Of a stretch of 64,000 nt of DNA, positions 25,242-38,850 are shown piece by piece. The notes under the pieces were generated by a model. That model had not been told where the DNA came from. It saw nothing but the letters and a program-made list of their open reading frames with translations, and made no database searches. How positions within the stretch are numbered: position 1 is the stretch's first letter; the number at the start of each line of letters is the position of its first letter. The DNA lies in the NCBI RefSeq assembly GCF_006345805.1, contig NC_043002.1, positions 111,724,001 through 111,788,000 of the forward strand, in the 5' to 3' direction. The translations under genes were made by a program, and so were the position numbers. The stretch is from Octopus sinensis. Its lineage: Eukaryota.

Positions 25242-27118
25242 TGAACACATACCTACATGCATACATGTGTTTAAGTATGTACGTATAAAAAACACAGTGC
25301 TTAACTGATACTTAAAATAGCTCAAAGCTTATACAGTGTCTGGTTAAATTCTTTGTTTAATTCCTGGTGTCGATTCGTTGGTAAGATGTTTAAACTATTC
25401 CTCATGGACAGTTCTACAGTTTAACTTCCTTATATTAGGAAGATGATAAAAAGAGAAGACCTTTCGGTTACCTATGCACATATCGACGCTTAATCATAAT
25501 TTAAGACCTATATTTTGTCCAATACTACTGATTCTATTTATAAAATGTAAAGAATCTTCCGTTAGTTTCGACGATGAGTATTTTAGTTATTCGACAAATG
25601 GATCTACATATTCGTTACATGATAGTAATCCTCAGACACCTGTATTGTTAATGAGATCCTCATACACAATCAGTGTAGGACGGAGTGAGGCAGTGTGGGA
25701 GAAGTCTTGCCCTTTGAATTACATTTACAATCTATCCGGCGATTTTGCAAACATCTACATCATTATGCTCACGAGTTTTAGGTCGACCCAATGTATAGCA
25801 GACGTTATAGCTCCATGAGGATCCACTGTGGAATCGGGACAGAGACTTCATGGTTGCAAAACAAACTTCTTGATAAATTCGGCTATGTTTGCGCCCATCA
25901 TTTATTGTAATATTCTGATTGCCACATGTGATTGGGTGTTGTGCATTAAACAGATTTAACAATGCAAGAAAATCAAAGATATATTCAAAATCTTTAACAT
26001 AATGAAATAACGTTACGAAGGTCTATAACTGTATGTATCAAAATAAATATGAACATTTATAAAACTTGGGATTTCGATGGATTCAGTGAGTATTTATTCC
26101 TTTGCAAAGCAACGAACAAATGTTTTTAGTAAAAATGCAAGAGATAATATCTGTTTTAGTGCACTCTATTTCAGATGAAACCTCTCGTCAAACACAAAGA
26201 ATTCAAGCTTAAAATTCATAAATAAATTCCACTGGAAAGAATTCTTGGCTTCCTCTGAAATATGCTTAAAAAGGCAGCAAATTGATTTGTAAAAAGAAAG
26301 AAGACTATATTGCTTTTGTCGGTTTTGTAATGGGTAACAAAAACAATTAAGCTAGTGGTTGACCCGACGGTACCATATTCGATTACAAATAGCCAAATTG
26401 CTATTGTTTCGAAATGCATGCAATACAAACAAGAATCAAGAATCGAAATCAAGTCGCAGATCCAGCCTACCTTCTGTTCTACAATAATTATCACTAAATG
26501 CAATAAATACTGAACGTATTAGTGAGAGAAAGCAGAAATATTGAGATGCTTAGGAGTTCAAATTAAAGAAAAAAAGATTTTAAACTGACGAAAATCTGCC
26601 GAGTATTTTTGTTTGTTATAAGTTACAAACCAAATACAGGTCAGGGTTGCTGTCATTGCAGTGACTCATAAAAAGGGAAAAGGGAAATATGATATTCTTC
26701 ATAGTACAGCAGATTGATGGTAAAAAAAAGAGAAAGCTGAAAAAAAGTAGAACATTTGCCAGAGTGACATTGAAACTGTATAACAGCAGGAAAGCGGCTC
26801 TTTTAAAATGTTATTTCTGAAAATTATCCTAAACTGTTTCCAAATGAAGGACATTATTTTATAAACCCTATCGCAGGATCCGTGTCTGGATCTTAGATTT
26901 ACTTATATTGTTACGTTCCTGATGATGATACCTGTTATTTCCCTCGTCGCTTTCATTTAACATTGAAAGTATCCAAGGAGAAAGTTTGTCATTTTCTTTC
27001 TTTTTTTTTTTTTTTTTTTTTGCTAGACATAGGGAACATTGCAAATGTGAGTTGTGTACTGCGACAACTAATTAACTTTTAAACTTAAGAAATTTGTTCT
27101 CAATTTAGTTATGGTTTC

Positions 27119-27900
27119 AAGGCGGCGAGATGGCAGAAACGTTAGCACACCGGGCGAAATGCTTAGCGGTGTCTCGTCTGTCTTTACGTTCTGAGTTCAA
27201 ATTCCGCCGAGGTCGACTTTGCTTTCATCCTTTCGGGGTCGATAAATTAAGTACCAGTTGCGCACTGAGTCGATATAATCGACTTAATCCGTTTGTCTGT
27301 TCTTGTTTGTCCTCTCTGTGTTTAGCCCCTTGTGGGTAGTAAAGAAATAGGTATCTCGTCTGTCTTTACGTTCTGAGTTCAAATTCCACCGAGGTCAACT
27401 TTGCTTTCATCCTTTCGGGGTCGATAAATTAAGTACCAGTTGCGTACTGGGATTGATTTAATCGACTGGTCCCCTTCCCCGAGATTTCGGGCCTTGTGCC
27501 TAGAGTAGAAAATAATTCATTGAGAATCTGAGCAGTAGATTGGCGGAACTATTAAAGCGTGATAAAAGTGTTTCTCGTGTTTCCTCTTACGTTCTGAGTT
27601 CAAATGCAGTCGAGATCAACTTTGACTTTCATCTTTTTAGGGTTCGATAGAATAAAGCACCAATTAAGGACTGAGGTCGATTGCATTGACTCTCCCCTAA
27701 AATTTCTTGCTTCCTGTCTATATTACGAATTATTTTAATATGGGTGAGGACTGGTAGAATAATTAGAGCGTCGGACCAAATGCTTCGAGGTATTTGCTCC
27801 AGCATTTCACATTCTGAATTCAACTACACTTTGCATCCTTGCAATGTCGATAACAAAGTATCAGTCATGTGCTGAGGTCGATACAGCCTTGTATCTGTTA
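27119..27900 (+). mobile_element. SINE family C with internal duplication plus two older copies
   Basis: Body repeated at about 27170 and 27352; diverged copies at about 27535 and 27750. Confidence 0.8.
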
Positions 27901-28361
27901 GAAATTAATATCTACAAGAGAAAGTATAGATTGGAGATAAATTAGTGTTCATAAAATAAATGCATAGAACATTAAATGTAAATGAGAAATAATTATCGAG
28001 AATGGAAAAAATATAAATTTATGAGCAGCATTATTTTCATTTTTTCTTCTTGAAGGAGAGTACGAAGGATAACGCTTGACATATTTCAGTCTTATTCTAA
28101 CCTCATCGAGGAAACAGACGCCTCACCGTATTTACTGACGTAATGTTGAAACAGTAAATAAGTGTCCAAGATTATACATTGGTTTGTTTGGGAAAATATG
28201 ATTTTAGAGAACAGAATATACAAAGATGTCATTTGCACAAAAAAAAATGTGTTGGTGCTAATGCGATCTATTAATGAAAAGGTCATCAAAAAGCCCAGAA
28301 AAAATAACTGTATAAGTAAAAGAGAATATCAGTCAATAACTAACCTCTTTCTCTTTCTCTC

Positions 28362-28569
28362 TCTTTTCTCTTTTACTTGTTTCAGTCATTTGACTGCGGC
28401 CATGCTGGAGCACCGCCTTTAGTCGAGCAACTCGACCCCGGGACTTATTCTTTTTGTAAGCCCAGTACTTATTCTATCGGTCTCTTTTTGCCGAACCGCT
28501 AATGACGGGGACGTAAACACACCAGCATCGGTTGTCAAGCAATGCTAGGGGAACAAACACAGACACACA

Positions 28570-28643
<74 letters not shown>

Positions 28644-28834
28644 TATATATATATACACACACATATATATACGACGGGCTTCTTTCAGTTTCCGTCTACC
28701 AAATCCACTCACAAGGTATTGGTCGGCCCGGGGCTATAGCAGAAGACACTTGCCCAAGATGCCACGCAGTGGGACTGAACACGGAACCATGTGGTTGGTT
28801 AGCAAGCTACTTACCACACAGCCACTCCTGCGCC
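28362..28834 (-). mobile_element. SINE family A, full length
   Basis: Reverse complement of family A. Confidence 0.92.
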
Positions 28835-29869
28835 TAATGTTATTTTCATCTTCTTGGCAAGCACAAGAGAAAACTCTGGATATACGTTTCGTTATTATTC
28901 TGATCTCATCAGGGTAGCTAACCTTCACTGTACTTGACGTAATAGTTAGGAGAATATGCAGGAGGAGTTATTGGTTAGGAGAACCCAGTTGTCACAGCGT
29001 GAAATAATTCAGCCATTGCTCTATATTGAATAAGATACCAGTCAATCCTATATTTTACTCATGACAAGATTTCAGTTTGATACTTCCAAGTAAACAATGT
29101 AGCCAACCGCTGTACGCTCTAATAAAAGCGCCCCAACATGCTCACTCTACGACCTACAAGAAATAGCAACCAAATATTCCTTGAATCATATCTTACTCTC
29201 CCACCAAAAGTAAAGGACACATTGAATAATTGGGTCACTATACATTAGTAGTTTGATATAGTCCTCGGTAAATATAGGCCTATAAACGAGATGCCATGGT
29301 TGGAATTCCTTCAATTATAAGTTTGCTCCATCAGTGTTGACCTAAAGCCGTACAACAACTTTTATTCTAACACTTTGCACTCTTCTCATGAAATCAGTTC
29401 CAATATTCATTAAAATTTTCTCATCATTTAAAGCAATTTCTAATTAAAATTTCGCTTCAATTAGAGTTTAATATTAAAAGAATAATGACATTTTACAGAT
29501 ATAAAGATAAGTTAATTAAATATTTTTCTAGAAGGTTCTGATTATGTCCCACATTTACTATTAACAGTCAAGCATCTTATAAATGGACAACCGACCAGCT
29601 AGAAATAACCAGCCAAATTCCCTCTTGTATCACATCTCCAACTTAAAAGTAGTAAAAGATACATTAGACAATGGATAACGCTCAAAAATGGCTGGAAATG
29701 CCTTTGCTCATAAGTCTGTTCAGACACGGCTGAATTGACCAAAGCCAAACAACAATTTTTTACAGTTCACCGATTCATTCATCTCACAGAGAAATTGTTG
29801 ATATAGGCGTAGGCGTGGCCGTGGGGTAAGAAGTTTGCTTCCAGTATAGCGTTTGCCAGTTGGAGTGTT

Positions 29870-30850
29870 GGTTTTGTTTGTTACACAAGTGGAAGTGCAG
29901 TTCAGAAAGGCAGCTACCGCAAGGCTACACTCAGCAACACCGCTGAAAACGGATGAAGTGGTTCTTCTATACGTATACCTTGGGAGACGTGTTTCCAGGG
30001 TTAGTGTGGAGGAAATACCCCCAGAAGTGGATGTAGCATGGCTGATGGCTGCCATACTGCTAGGCATACAGGAGAAGGTGGTGGTCCTCCAGGCCACCAG
30101 AACACCACATAGGAAATAGCAAGGACAAACCCTTGATATGGTAGTGCAAGTCGCAGAGGAGGATATAGAAAAGATGGTCGAGACCATCACAGTGAGAGAG
30201 GGAACATTGAAGGTCAGAGGAGAAGAGAAGATTCTGCGGTGATATAAATGTGGCCTGAAAGGCCACATTAGAGCGGATTGTCCTCCACCACCGGAAGAGG
30301 CTGAGGAGAAATGTAAGACTGAGAAAGTGGTTGGTGCTCCACAGCCCGTGGAGGAAAAGGAAAGGGATGTGGCACCACAGGAGAAGACAAGTACCAGCGT
30401 CGAGGAAGAGAAGACAAACACCAGCTGGGAAATAGCGGGGGGAAAAAAAGAAGGAAAAGGAGAAAGAGGACACATATGGTAAAGGATGACCCCCAATACA
30501 CACCCATCCGGCCCCCACCCCCACCCACTCGACCCCTACCACTCCCTACAGACACCAACCGTCACCATGCCCTGTCTGACATAAAAATCAAGTGCAAACC
30601 CACCCCCACCCTGTAAGAAAAAATATGTAATAATGTATAATGGACAAAATGAAGAACTATACAATGAGGTAGACTCGTGGGGCAGAGTAATTAACGGGAG
30701 TAAGGGGTCTAACTGAGAACATTCACTGCGCATTGGCGGACCCGGAGTACCTATTTAGATTACGTAAGTATGTGGAAAATTATGACTGCGAGTGGTGGCT
30801 CAAAAAAATAGACACCAGCACAATGCCGGAACGGATAAGGTACGAGATAT
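29870..30850 (+). pseudogene. Retroelement ORF1/gag-like relic with CCHC zinc knuckle
   Basis: (C>stop)YKCGLKGHIRADC at 30240-30281 followed by an E/K-rich tail; in-frame stops. Confidence 0.7.
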
Positions 30851-30865
30851 GTCTCTCTTTCTCTT

Positions 30866-31072
30866 TCTCTTTTACTTGTTTCACTCATTTGACTGCGGCC
30901 ATGCTGGAGCACCACCTTTAGTCGAGCAAATCGACCCCAGGACTTATTCTTTGTAAGCCCAGTACTTATTCTATCGGTCACTTTTGCCGAACCGCTAAGT
31001 GACGGGCACGTAAACACACCAGCATCGGTTGTCAAGCAATGCTAGGGGACAAACACAGACACACAAACACAT

Positions 31073-31103
<31 letters not shown>

Positions 31104-31274
31104 CATATATACGACAGGCTTCTTTCAGTTTCCGTCTACCAAATCCACTCGCAAGGCATTGGTCGGTCCGGGGCTATAGCAGAAGACACTTGCCCAAGAT
31201 GCCTCGCAGTGGGACTGAACCCGGAACTATGTGGTTGGTAAGCAAGCTACTTACCACACAACCACTCCTGCGCC
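30866..31274 (-). mobile_element. SINE family A
   Basis: Reverse complement of family A. Confidence 0.92.
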
Positions 31275-31440
31275 TAAGTAGATATTTTTAAAAAATACAA
31301 CATAGACATTCTGAAAAAAAATGGTGATTCACCGTTGCAAATGATAGTGTAAATAATGGTGTTCTAAAAGAGTTGTATTAACAGGATCAATGAAGTCGGT
31401 CGGGGGTGGGGCCGAACGGCTTCATTTCATCTTCCATTAT

Positions 31441-31851
31441 TCTTTTACTCTTTTACTTGTTTCAGTCATTTGACTGCGGCCATGCTGGAGCACCGCCTTT
31501 TAGTCGCGCAAATTGACCCCAGAACTTATTCTTTGTAAGCCTAGTATTTATTCTATCGTTCCCTTTTGCCGAACATTAACACACCAGCATCGGTTTGTCA
31601 AGCGATGTTGGGGGGACAAACACAGACACACAAACACACACACACACACACCACACACACCACACACACACACACACACATACATATACGGCGGGCTTCT
31701 TTCAGTTTCCGTCTACCAAATCCACCCACAAGGCTTTGGTCGGCCCGAGGCTATAGCAGAAGACACTTGCCCAAGGTGCCACGCAGTGGGACTGAACCCG
31801 GAACCATGTGGTTGGTAAGTAAGCAACTTACCACACAGCCACTCCTGCGCC
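31441..31851 (-). mobile_element. SINE family A
   Basis: Reverse complement of family A. Confidence 0.9.
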
Positions 31852-32034
31852 TATTCACTTTTTTCATTCGTTTGTTTTTGTCCCCACCTCGTGCTGTCCC
31901 CACCTTGTGCTGTCTCCTCTGTGTAAGGCTTTCATGGCCAATTTCATAAAATAAAGACGTTTGCTTCCCAACCACAGAGTTCCGGGTTCAGTCTCACTTC
32001 ATAGCATCTTGGGCAAGTGTCGTATATGTTCATG

Positions 32035-32065
<31 letters not shown>

Positions 32066-32111
32066 TGTGTGTGTGTGTGTGTGCGTAGTTGTGTGTGTGT
32101 GTATGCGCACG

Positions 32112-32282
32112 TGACGAAGTCGATTGTATCGACCCCATTACTCTACTGGCACTTATTTTTTATCGACCCTGAAAGGATAAAACTCAAAACTGAACTCGGG
32201 ATCATTTGAACTCAAAACGTAAAGCCGGAACAAATACAGCATTTCGTCGGGTGCGGTAACGATACTGCCAACTCACCGCCTA
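32112..32282 (-). mobile_element. Old SINE family C copy
   Basis: Reverse complement of aggcggtgagttggcag...gagttcaaat. Confidence 0.65.
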
Positions 32283-32286
32283 AACA

Positions 32287-32319
<33 letters not shown>

Positions 32320-32419
32320 TACATACATGTATCAATTGCTAATTTATCTAATAGGATCGAGTGACTGCATGTGTAAACGACGAAGAGGTTTTAATAGCTG
32401 CATTGATAGTAACTGCGAT

Positions 32420-33299
32420 GGTGGTGGCAGTAGTAGTAGTAGTAGTAGTGGTGGTGGTGGTGGTGGTGGTGGTGTGGTGGTGGTGGTTGGTGGTGGTTTG
32501 GTGGTGGTGGTGGTGGTTTGGTGGTGGTGGTGGTTTGGTGGTGGTGGTGGTTTGGTGGTGGTGGTGGTGGTGGTGGTTTGGTGGTGGTGGTGGTGGTGGT
32601 TTGGTGGTGGTGGTGGTGGTGGTGGTTTGGTGGTGGTGTGGTTTGGTGTGGTGGTGGTGGTTTGGTGGTGGTTGGTGGTGGTGGTGGTGGTTTGGTGGTG
32701 GTGGTGGTTTGGTGGTGGTGGTGGTGGTGGTGGTTTGGTGGTGGTGGTGGTTTGGTGGTGGTGTATGTAGTTGGAAGATGTGAGAGGTGGTTGGGTGGTA
32801 GTTGGTACTTGTAGCAGTCATTATGATGATAATCATAACACGATGATTATGATGGTAAAAGTTGTAAGCTCTGTAAGGAGGAGGAGGAGGAGGGAGAGGA
32901 GGGGAGGGAGGAGGAGGAGAGGAGGAGGAGGAAAGGAAGAAGGCGACTGCGTTAGTAGTGATAGTGATGACAACAGCTGTAGTGGTGGCTATCACGGTTG
33001 TGGCTGTATTGGTGTTGTTGTTTGTGGTGGTGGATGCGGCGATGGTTATGGTGGTAGTTGGGGTGGTGGTAGTGGTGGTGGCGGTAGTGGTGATATTGGT
33101 GGTTGTGGTTGTTGTGGAGTTAGTTGTCGTTGTTGTTGTTGTCGTTATTGTTGTTGTTGTTGTTTGTGGTGGTGGTGGTGGTGGTGGTGGTGGTGATGGT
33201 GGTGGATGCGGCGATGGTTATGGTGGTAGTGGTGATATTGGTGGTTGTGGTGTTGGTGGAGTTAGTTCGGTGATTATGTTGTTGCTGTTGTCGTCGTTG

Positions 33300-33331
<32 letters not shown>

Positions 33332-33450
33332 GGTGATGGTGGTGGTGGTGGTGGTGATGGTGGTGGTGGTGGTGGTGGTGGTGGTGGTGTTGGTGGTGTT
33401 GGTGGGTGGTGATGGTGGTGGTGGTGGTGGTGGTAGTAGTGGTGGTGGTA
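32420..33450. repeat. Compound (GGT)n/(GTT)n/(GGA)n microsatellite
   Basis: Seen directly. Confidence 0.95.
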
Positions 33451-33908
33451 AAAAGTAAGTGCTGGTGAGAAAAAAAGGCGATTGGCTTGGGACACACCGC
33501 TAGCACCAAGGACCACAGCGAGCAGAGAAACTACCTAAATAGGAAGCCGAGTCTCTTCATCGACGAGACATAATGTCTCGCTCTAAGTTGATGTTCCTGA
33601 AAACAGGAAGACAAACCAAAGCAGCCTCCCCCTCCGCTCCCCCGCCATCAATATCGCTCCAACAGAATGAAGAACTTAGCATCATCGCCGTATTATTGGT
33701 AATGGTGGTTGAGGGATGGGACGTGGAGATGGTGCGGGTGATGGGGGTGAAAGCGTTCGAGTGTGGGGGATGATTCGTAATGATGATGGTGGTGGTGGTG
33801 GTGGTGATCATGATGAAGATAGTTGTGGTGATGGTGGTGAAAGTAAGTGGTGTCGAAGATAAAGAAAGGAATCCTTTAGTTCTTCGTTGCTCTCTTTTTA
33901 CGTCTTTC

Positions 33909-33943
<35 letters not shown>

Positions 33944-34016
33944 CGACGACGACAACAGCAACAACATAATCACCGAACTAACAGTGTCACTTTGATGGCA
34001 TGCACTACTTTCTCTC

Positions 34017-34057
<41 letters not shown>

Positions 34058-34071
34058 AATAATAATAATAA

Positions 34072-34580
34072 GCAACCTGGAAAAGAAGAAAACTAGTTAA
34101 GAGTAACAACATGACACTAGATAAAGTAACTGAAGTAAGAGGATTAGACCAAACCCGGACATACATATGCTTAGGAATCAATGAACTAGATACGATACAA
34201 CACACACAAATGGAAGAGAAGGTAAGAAAGGAATACTATAGACGAGTTAGATTAATACTGAAAACGGAGATCAATGCGAAAAACAAGATAATAGGTATGT
34301 ACACTCTAGCCGTCGCAGTTATAAGTTACAGCTACAATATTCTTAACTGGACTCTAAATGAACTGATCAAAATAGACAGGAAAAGAAGAAAAACAACAAG
34401 ATTCAGGATGCACCACCCAGAACATGACTTAGAAAGGTCATACATACAACGTATTGCAGGTGGTAGAGGCCTGATACAGTTAGAAAACTATTACAAAATA
34501 ACCACCGTAGAACTACAGAAATACCTTCTTCAGAAGCAGAGAAATATCCACAAACACGAACAAAATAAAAAACTGTCTGA
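34072..34580 (+). mobile_element. R4/Dong-type LINE RT C-terminal fragment
   Basis: LGINE, KEYYRRVRLILKTE.NAKNKI, ISYSY.ILNW, MHHP, GGRGLIQLE; directly follows (AAT)n. Confidence 0.85.
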
Positions 34581-35616
34581 TACCAGCAAGCGACTGAGAC
34601 TACGATGGTGCCTATACGTGGTTCCTGGATACGCTAGTGATTGGAACTAAGTCTCCCTCAAACGACAATCTAGCCTCTTTAAAGAAAAGTAAAAAGAATG
34701 GGCAATGTAGTTTTATAGAAAAAAAGTGTCTTAAAATAAATGATGAAATGCTCTCAGGTGAAACATCTTTGATCATCGGCCTATTCGACTGGATCTGACC
34801 TGGGATTAAACACCAACAGCAACAAAGCGAAAGAACAAGAGAGCTATTATGCTAGAGAAGAACTACACATTGGTAAATTGTTAAAATACTATCAACTTTA
34901 ATCGTTCTTTCTTTGTCTGTCTATCTCTCCCTCTCGCACCCCCCTCTTTCTATACCTCTTTTCCCCTGTCTATATCTACAAAGATCTATCTCGAAAGGAA
35001 GATCACCTTTCTATGTCTGACTGAAAATAGCAACGGAAATAAACACTGGCCAAGGCTGAATTTCAAATTGGAAATTATCAAGTAGGAAGTTGTTTCTGTC
35101 TTCTCTCATTCTGGCATTCGTCAAAGAATTTTCTCAGTTCTTCTACCCAACACATTATCGCTTACACACACATATACACACATTTTCGTTTACAACACAC
35201 ACACACACACACACACACATGCATACACACACACACACATGCATACATGCACCCACATACCTACCTACCTACCTATCAACCTACCGACACACATACATAC
35301 ATACATACATACATACATACATACATACATACATACATACATACATACATACATACATACATACTTACATACATATTTGTATACATTCATTAGTATGTGC
35401 GTGTATGTATATAGAGTGTGGTAAAAAAAAACTAGTAGAAAATAAAAACCAAAGGAAGAGAAAGGCCCAGAAAAAAGCTTACTCACTGGAAAAAAAAATA
35501 AACGACAAAAAAAAATCAACCCATTCACCAAAATCGCCCTCATCCCTAATGATGACCACAATACAAGTTACAGAAGCACCTGCAAGTCAGGATAGACGGA
35601 CCTTACCAATATTGGA

Positions 35617-35990
35617 TGGAAGCACTCCGTCGGTTACGACGACGAGGGTTCCGATCAACGGAACAGCCTGCTCGTGAAATTAACGTGTAAGTGGCTGAGC
35701 ACTCCACAGACACGTGTACCCTTAACGTAGTTCTCGGGGATATTCAGCGTGACACAGAGAGTGACAAGGCCGGCCCTTTGAAATACAGGTACAACAGAAA
35801 CAGGAAGTAAGAGTGAGAGAAAGTTGTGGTGAAAGAGTACAACAGGGATCACCACCATCCCCTGCCGGAGCCTCGTGGAGCTTTTAGGTGTTTTCGCTCA
35901 ATAAACACTCACAACGCCCGGTCTGGGAATCGAAACCGCGATCCTATGACCGCGAGTCCGCTGCCCTAACCACTGGGCCATTACGCCTCC
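35617..35990 (-). mobile_element. SINE family B
   Basis: Near full length; TSD taccaatatt. Confidence 0.92.
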
Positions 35991-36664
35991 TACCAATATT
36001 ACGCTAACACTCAAGATGACAACCTTCAACAGACTTTGGTATCAAAGGGTCGCAGGACAGTTCTCGCTCCAACGACGCTTAAAATGGGTCGGTTCATGGG
36101 TTTATTCTGTTCAGGAATGCTATGTGGCCCCACGATGTTCGGAGGAGATTACATGATCAGATGGTTCTCCCGGATCTGACTAAGTAGGAAATGATCCCAC
36201 TAAATCGCATAGGACTCGTACCTGGTGACCTCATTCGTTACACATCCGACAACCGACTCAGCCACTTTTAGCCGCGCAGCACTCGTCGGTTTACTGAGGA
36301 TGATGTCGGTGATGTCTTGGATCTGCAAGTTGATCTTGGTCGTCCTGACCTACATCTGACTGACTGATAACATTGTTTTTTTCCATTTTGAATACGAATG
36401 ACACGTTGTCATCAGGGTCTTTCATAAATCTCAACACGAAGGACCCGTCCACGTTCAAAAAGTTAGTTATTTCTTGAGACGCTTTTGTTGCTGGCGGTTA
36501 GACCCATGAGCATACAAAGGATTTTAATATCCTGGATCAGAATGAAATCTGCTATATGAAACTGTTGATACACATGGAAGTGAATGAGCGAGTAAAAGTT
36601 TTGCGATTGCCACATAACACCAAATGCGTCCGTACATACAATACATACATACAGACAGACAAAC

Positions 36665-36749
<85 letters not shown>

Positions 36750-36869
36750 AGAGTTGGGTACAAAAATTCAGGGTGAATACTTGATAATTGTAAGCACCTG
36801 TATATACCATTTAGTGGTGCAGGTGATAGAGTATATTTAACACAATAAAAACATGATGCAAAGGATTTA

Positions 36870-36956
36870 GCGGTACATATGTTTCGGGCCTTTATTAGAC
36901 GGTTTATAACAATGCATAATTGATGTAAATGTGTGTCTCTGGCCTTCTTCAGCCGC
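36870..36956 (-). ncRNA. Type I hammerhead ribozyme with 50-nt loop II
   Basis: GCGG-CTGAAGA-AGGCC..GGCCC-GAAAC-ATAT-GTA-CCGC. Confidence 0.8.
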
Positions 36957-37374
36957 GCACAATTACTACTTCAATGACATGTATTACATTATAAGTTTTA
37001 CGTTGGGGATGCAAATCCTCATAGTCGCGTACGACAGAGCGAGGCACCAGAACAAACTCAAAGCGTCCATCCCGTTTTTCACTCGATGTAGAATGAGGAA
37101 GTTTGGATGTTGAGATATAGAGGAAAGGGGTTGGGGGGTGAATCTTTAGTGAGTTAGGGATCAAAAGAGGGAGGGTAGTAGGTGCAAAAGGTAGTAAAAG
37201 AGTAAAAAATTACAAAAGAGTAAAAATTAAAAAATATATAAAGGGATAAAGAAATATAAAGGGATGAAGAAATGTAAAGGGATGAAGAACTAAAAGGGTG
37301 GTCAGGAGATAACGTAAGGTACGGAAAGATGACATATTCCGGTTGTTGAAGCCTAAGGTATATATATATATATA

Positions 37375-37481
37375 TAAATGATCCCACTAAATGATCCCAC
37401 TAAATGATCCCACTAAATGATCCCACTAAATGATCCCACTAAATGATCCCACTAAATGATCCCACTAAATGATCCCACTAA
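37375..37481. repeat. Perfect 13-bp tandem array (TAAATGATCCCAC)x8
   Basis: Seen directly. Confidence 0.97.
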
Positions 37482-37519
37482 GAAGGTACATAAATGATCT
37501 ATCAAAAGATGACAGAACG

Positions 37520-38482
37520 GAGCCCCAATGTTTTCAAAAGATGATTGTTAACATTATCGAGTCAACTGATGAGTATTTTTTTTTTTTACAAGGTTTGCTA
37601 AATTCAGGGAACAAGAAGGGACAGCAAAATTCATGAAGTTTCCAGACATTATCAAACTGGGATAACAAAACTTACAAATGTTTTCATGGATAGACATGGT
37701 TGATTTTGGAATGCAGTTGATTTAATTTCAAAGTAGCTCAATTTGGAAGCAAAAATTTATTGATCTCAGATTTGACTTAGAAAATATTGAGAAAAAAAAA
37801 CCATTCGAGACAAGAGTACAGAGAGGAATGCAGAAAAAGAATTATTAAGTACTTGGAATGCCATTCCAGAAAATTTTTCCAGTTTAAAACACTTTGCAAC
37901 GTCACTAATATCCATTTTTTCATCAACATATGCTTGTGAATCCTTGTTCTCAGTGATGAACTTTGCTAGGAGTAACCTGAGGGATGAAACTAGTAGTGCA
38001 TGCATATCTCTGAAAGTTATGAAATATAAACCCGATATAAAATCTTTATCATCAGTGATGCAGTAGCAGAGGTCCCTCCGATAATACTGTAATATACATG
38101 TTTATCGAAAGGAGTCAGCAAATTTTCTGTCAAACTCATATTTCATCCAACTTTTGAAAGTGGGAAAAGTTGTCTGCATGCTTTCTGCCGGACTGATATT
38201 TTGTTTGATGTTTTCTTTTGAAAGTGGCAAAGGTTCATTGTTGTTTAGTTGTAACTTCGAAGGTGAATAAATACATTTTCCATCGTTATATACTGCGTTT
38301 TACTACTCAATGGTGATTTTTGATCATTTTTTAAAAAGGTTCTTAAAATACACTTTCTTAAGTGATATCAAGTAGCCTAACGTTTTCAAAAAAAAAAAAT
38401 TGGTTGGCACGTGGAATAATTTTGTGTCAGAGGTTTTGCCAGTTTAGACACGCAATCTCAAAAAGGTTGCCCATCCTTGGTC
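37520..38482 (+). mobile_element. hAT transposon 3' relic (SPIN/Buster-like dimerisation domain)
   Basis: IFSSTYACESLFSVMN...KYKPDIKSL at about 37910-38060; TIR-like aaaggttgcccatccttg at about 38462-38480. Confidence 0.8.
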
Positions 38483-38559
38483 TAGGGTGTTCGACAAGTC
38501 GCAAATTTCCTTGGTGCATTATAATTGTCAGCTCATTACAGCTGTAATGAGCTGGCAAT

Positions 38560-38850
38560 TGTCCGTGGTATGTTATTATTCATTTGAGTATATGTGTGCG
38601 TGTGTGCTTGTGTGTGTTTTCATTGCAATAAATATAATTTTAACAAGAAAGAAACGTCCATTTTATATATATGCTACACGTTGATCTTAGCCATATAAAG
38701 TCAAGCAGATGAGCTATAAAAGTGGAGCTTGCCCTTGTGGGCAACTGGTAAAATGGACGTTTCTTTCTTGTTAAAATTATATTTATTGCAATGAAAACAC
38801 ACACAAGCACACGCACACATACTCAAATGTATAATAACATACGACGGACA
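38560..38850. repeat. Fold-back element, about 105-bp arms (38560-38665 / 38749-38850)
   Basis: Near-perfect inverted arms with an 83-bp spacer. Confidence 0.85.

Noticed and set aside
25474-25818. 114-aa ORF in non-repetitive-looking DNA
   Set aside because: No recognisable motif or convincing splice structure
29720-30496. 258-aa minus-strand ORF
   Set aside because: Antisense shadow of the purine-rich zinc-knuckle ORF1 relic
32327-33516. Gly/Val/Trp- and His/Pro/Thr-rich ORFs
   Set aside because: Translations of (GGT)n repeats open in several frames; no gene structure
37375-37481. CRISPR-like or telomeric array
   Set aside because: Head-to-tail 13-mers with no spacers, no cas genes, and not a TTAGGG-type repeat
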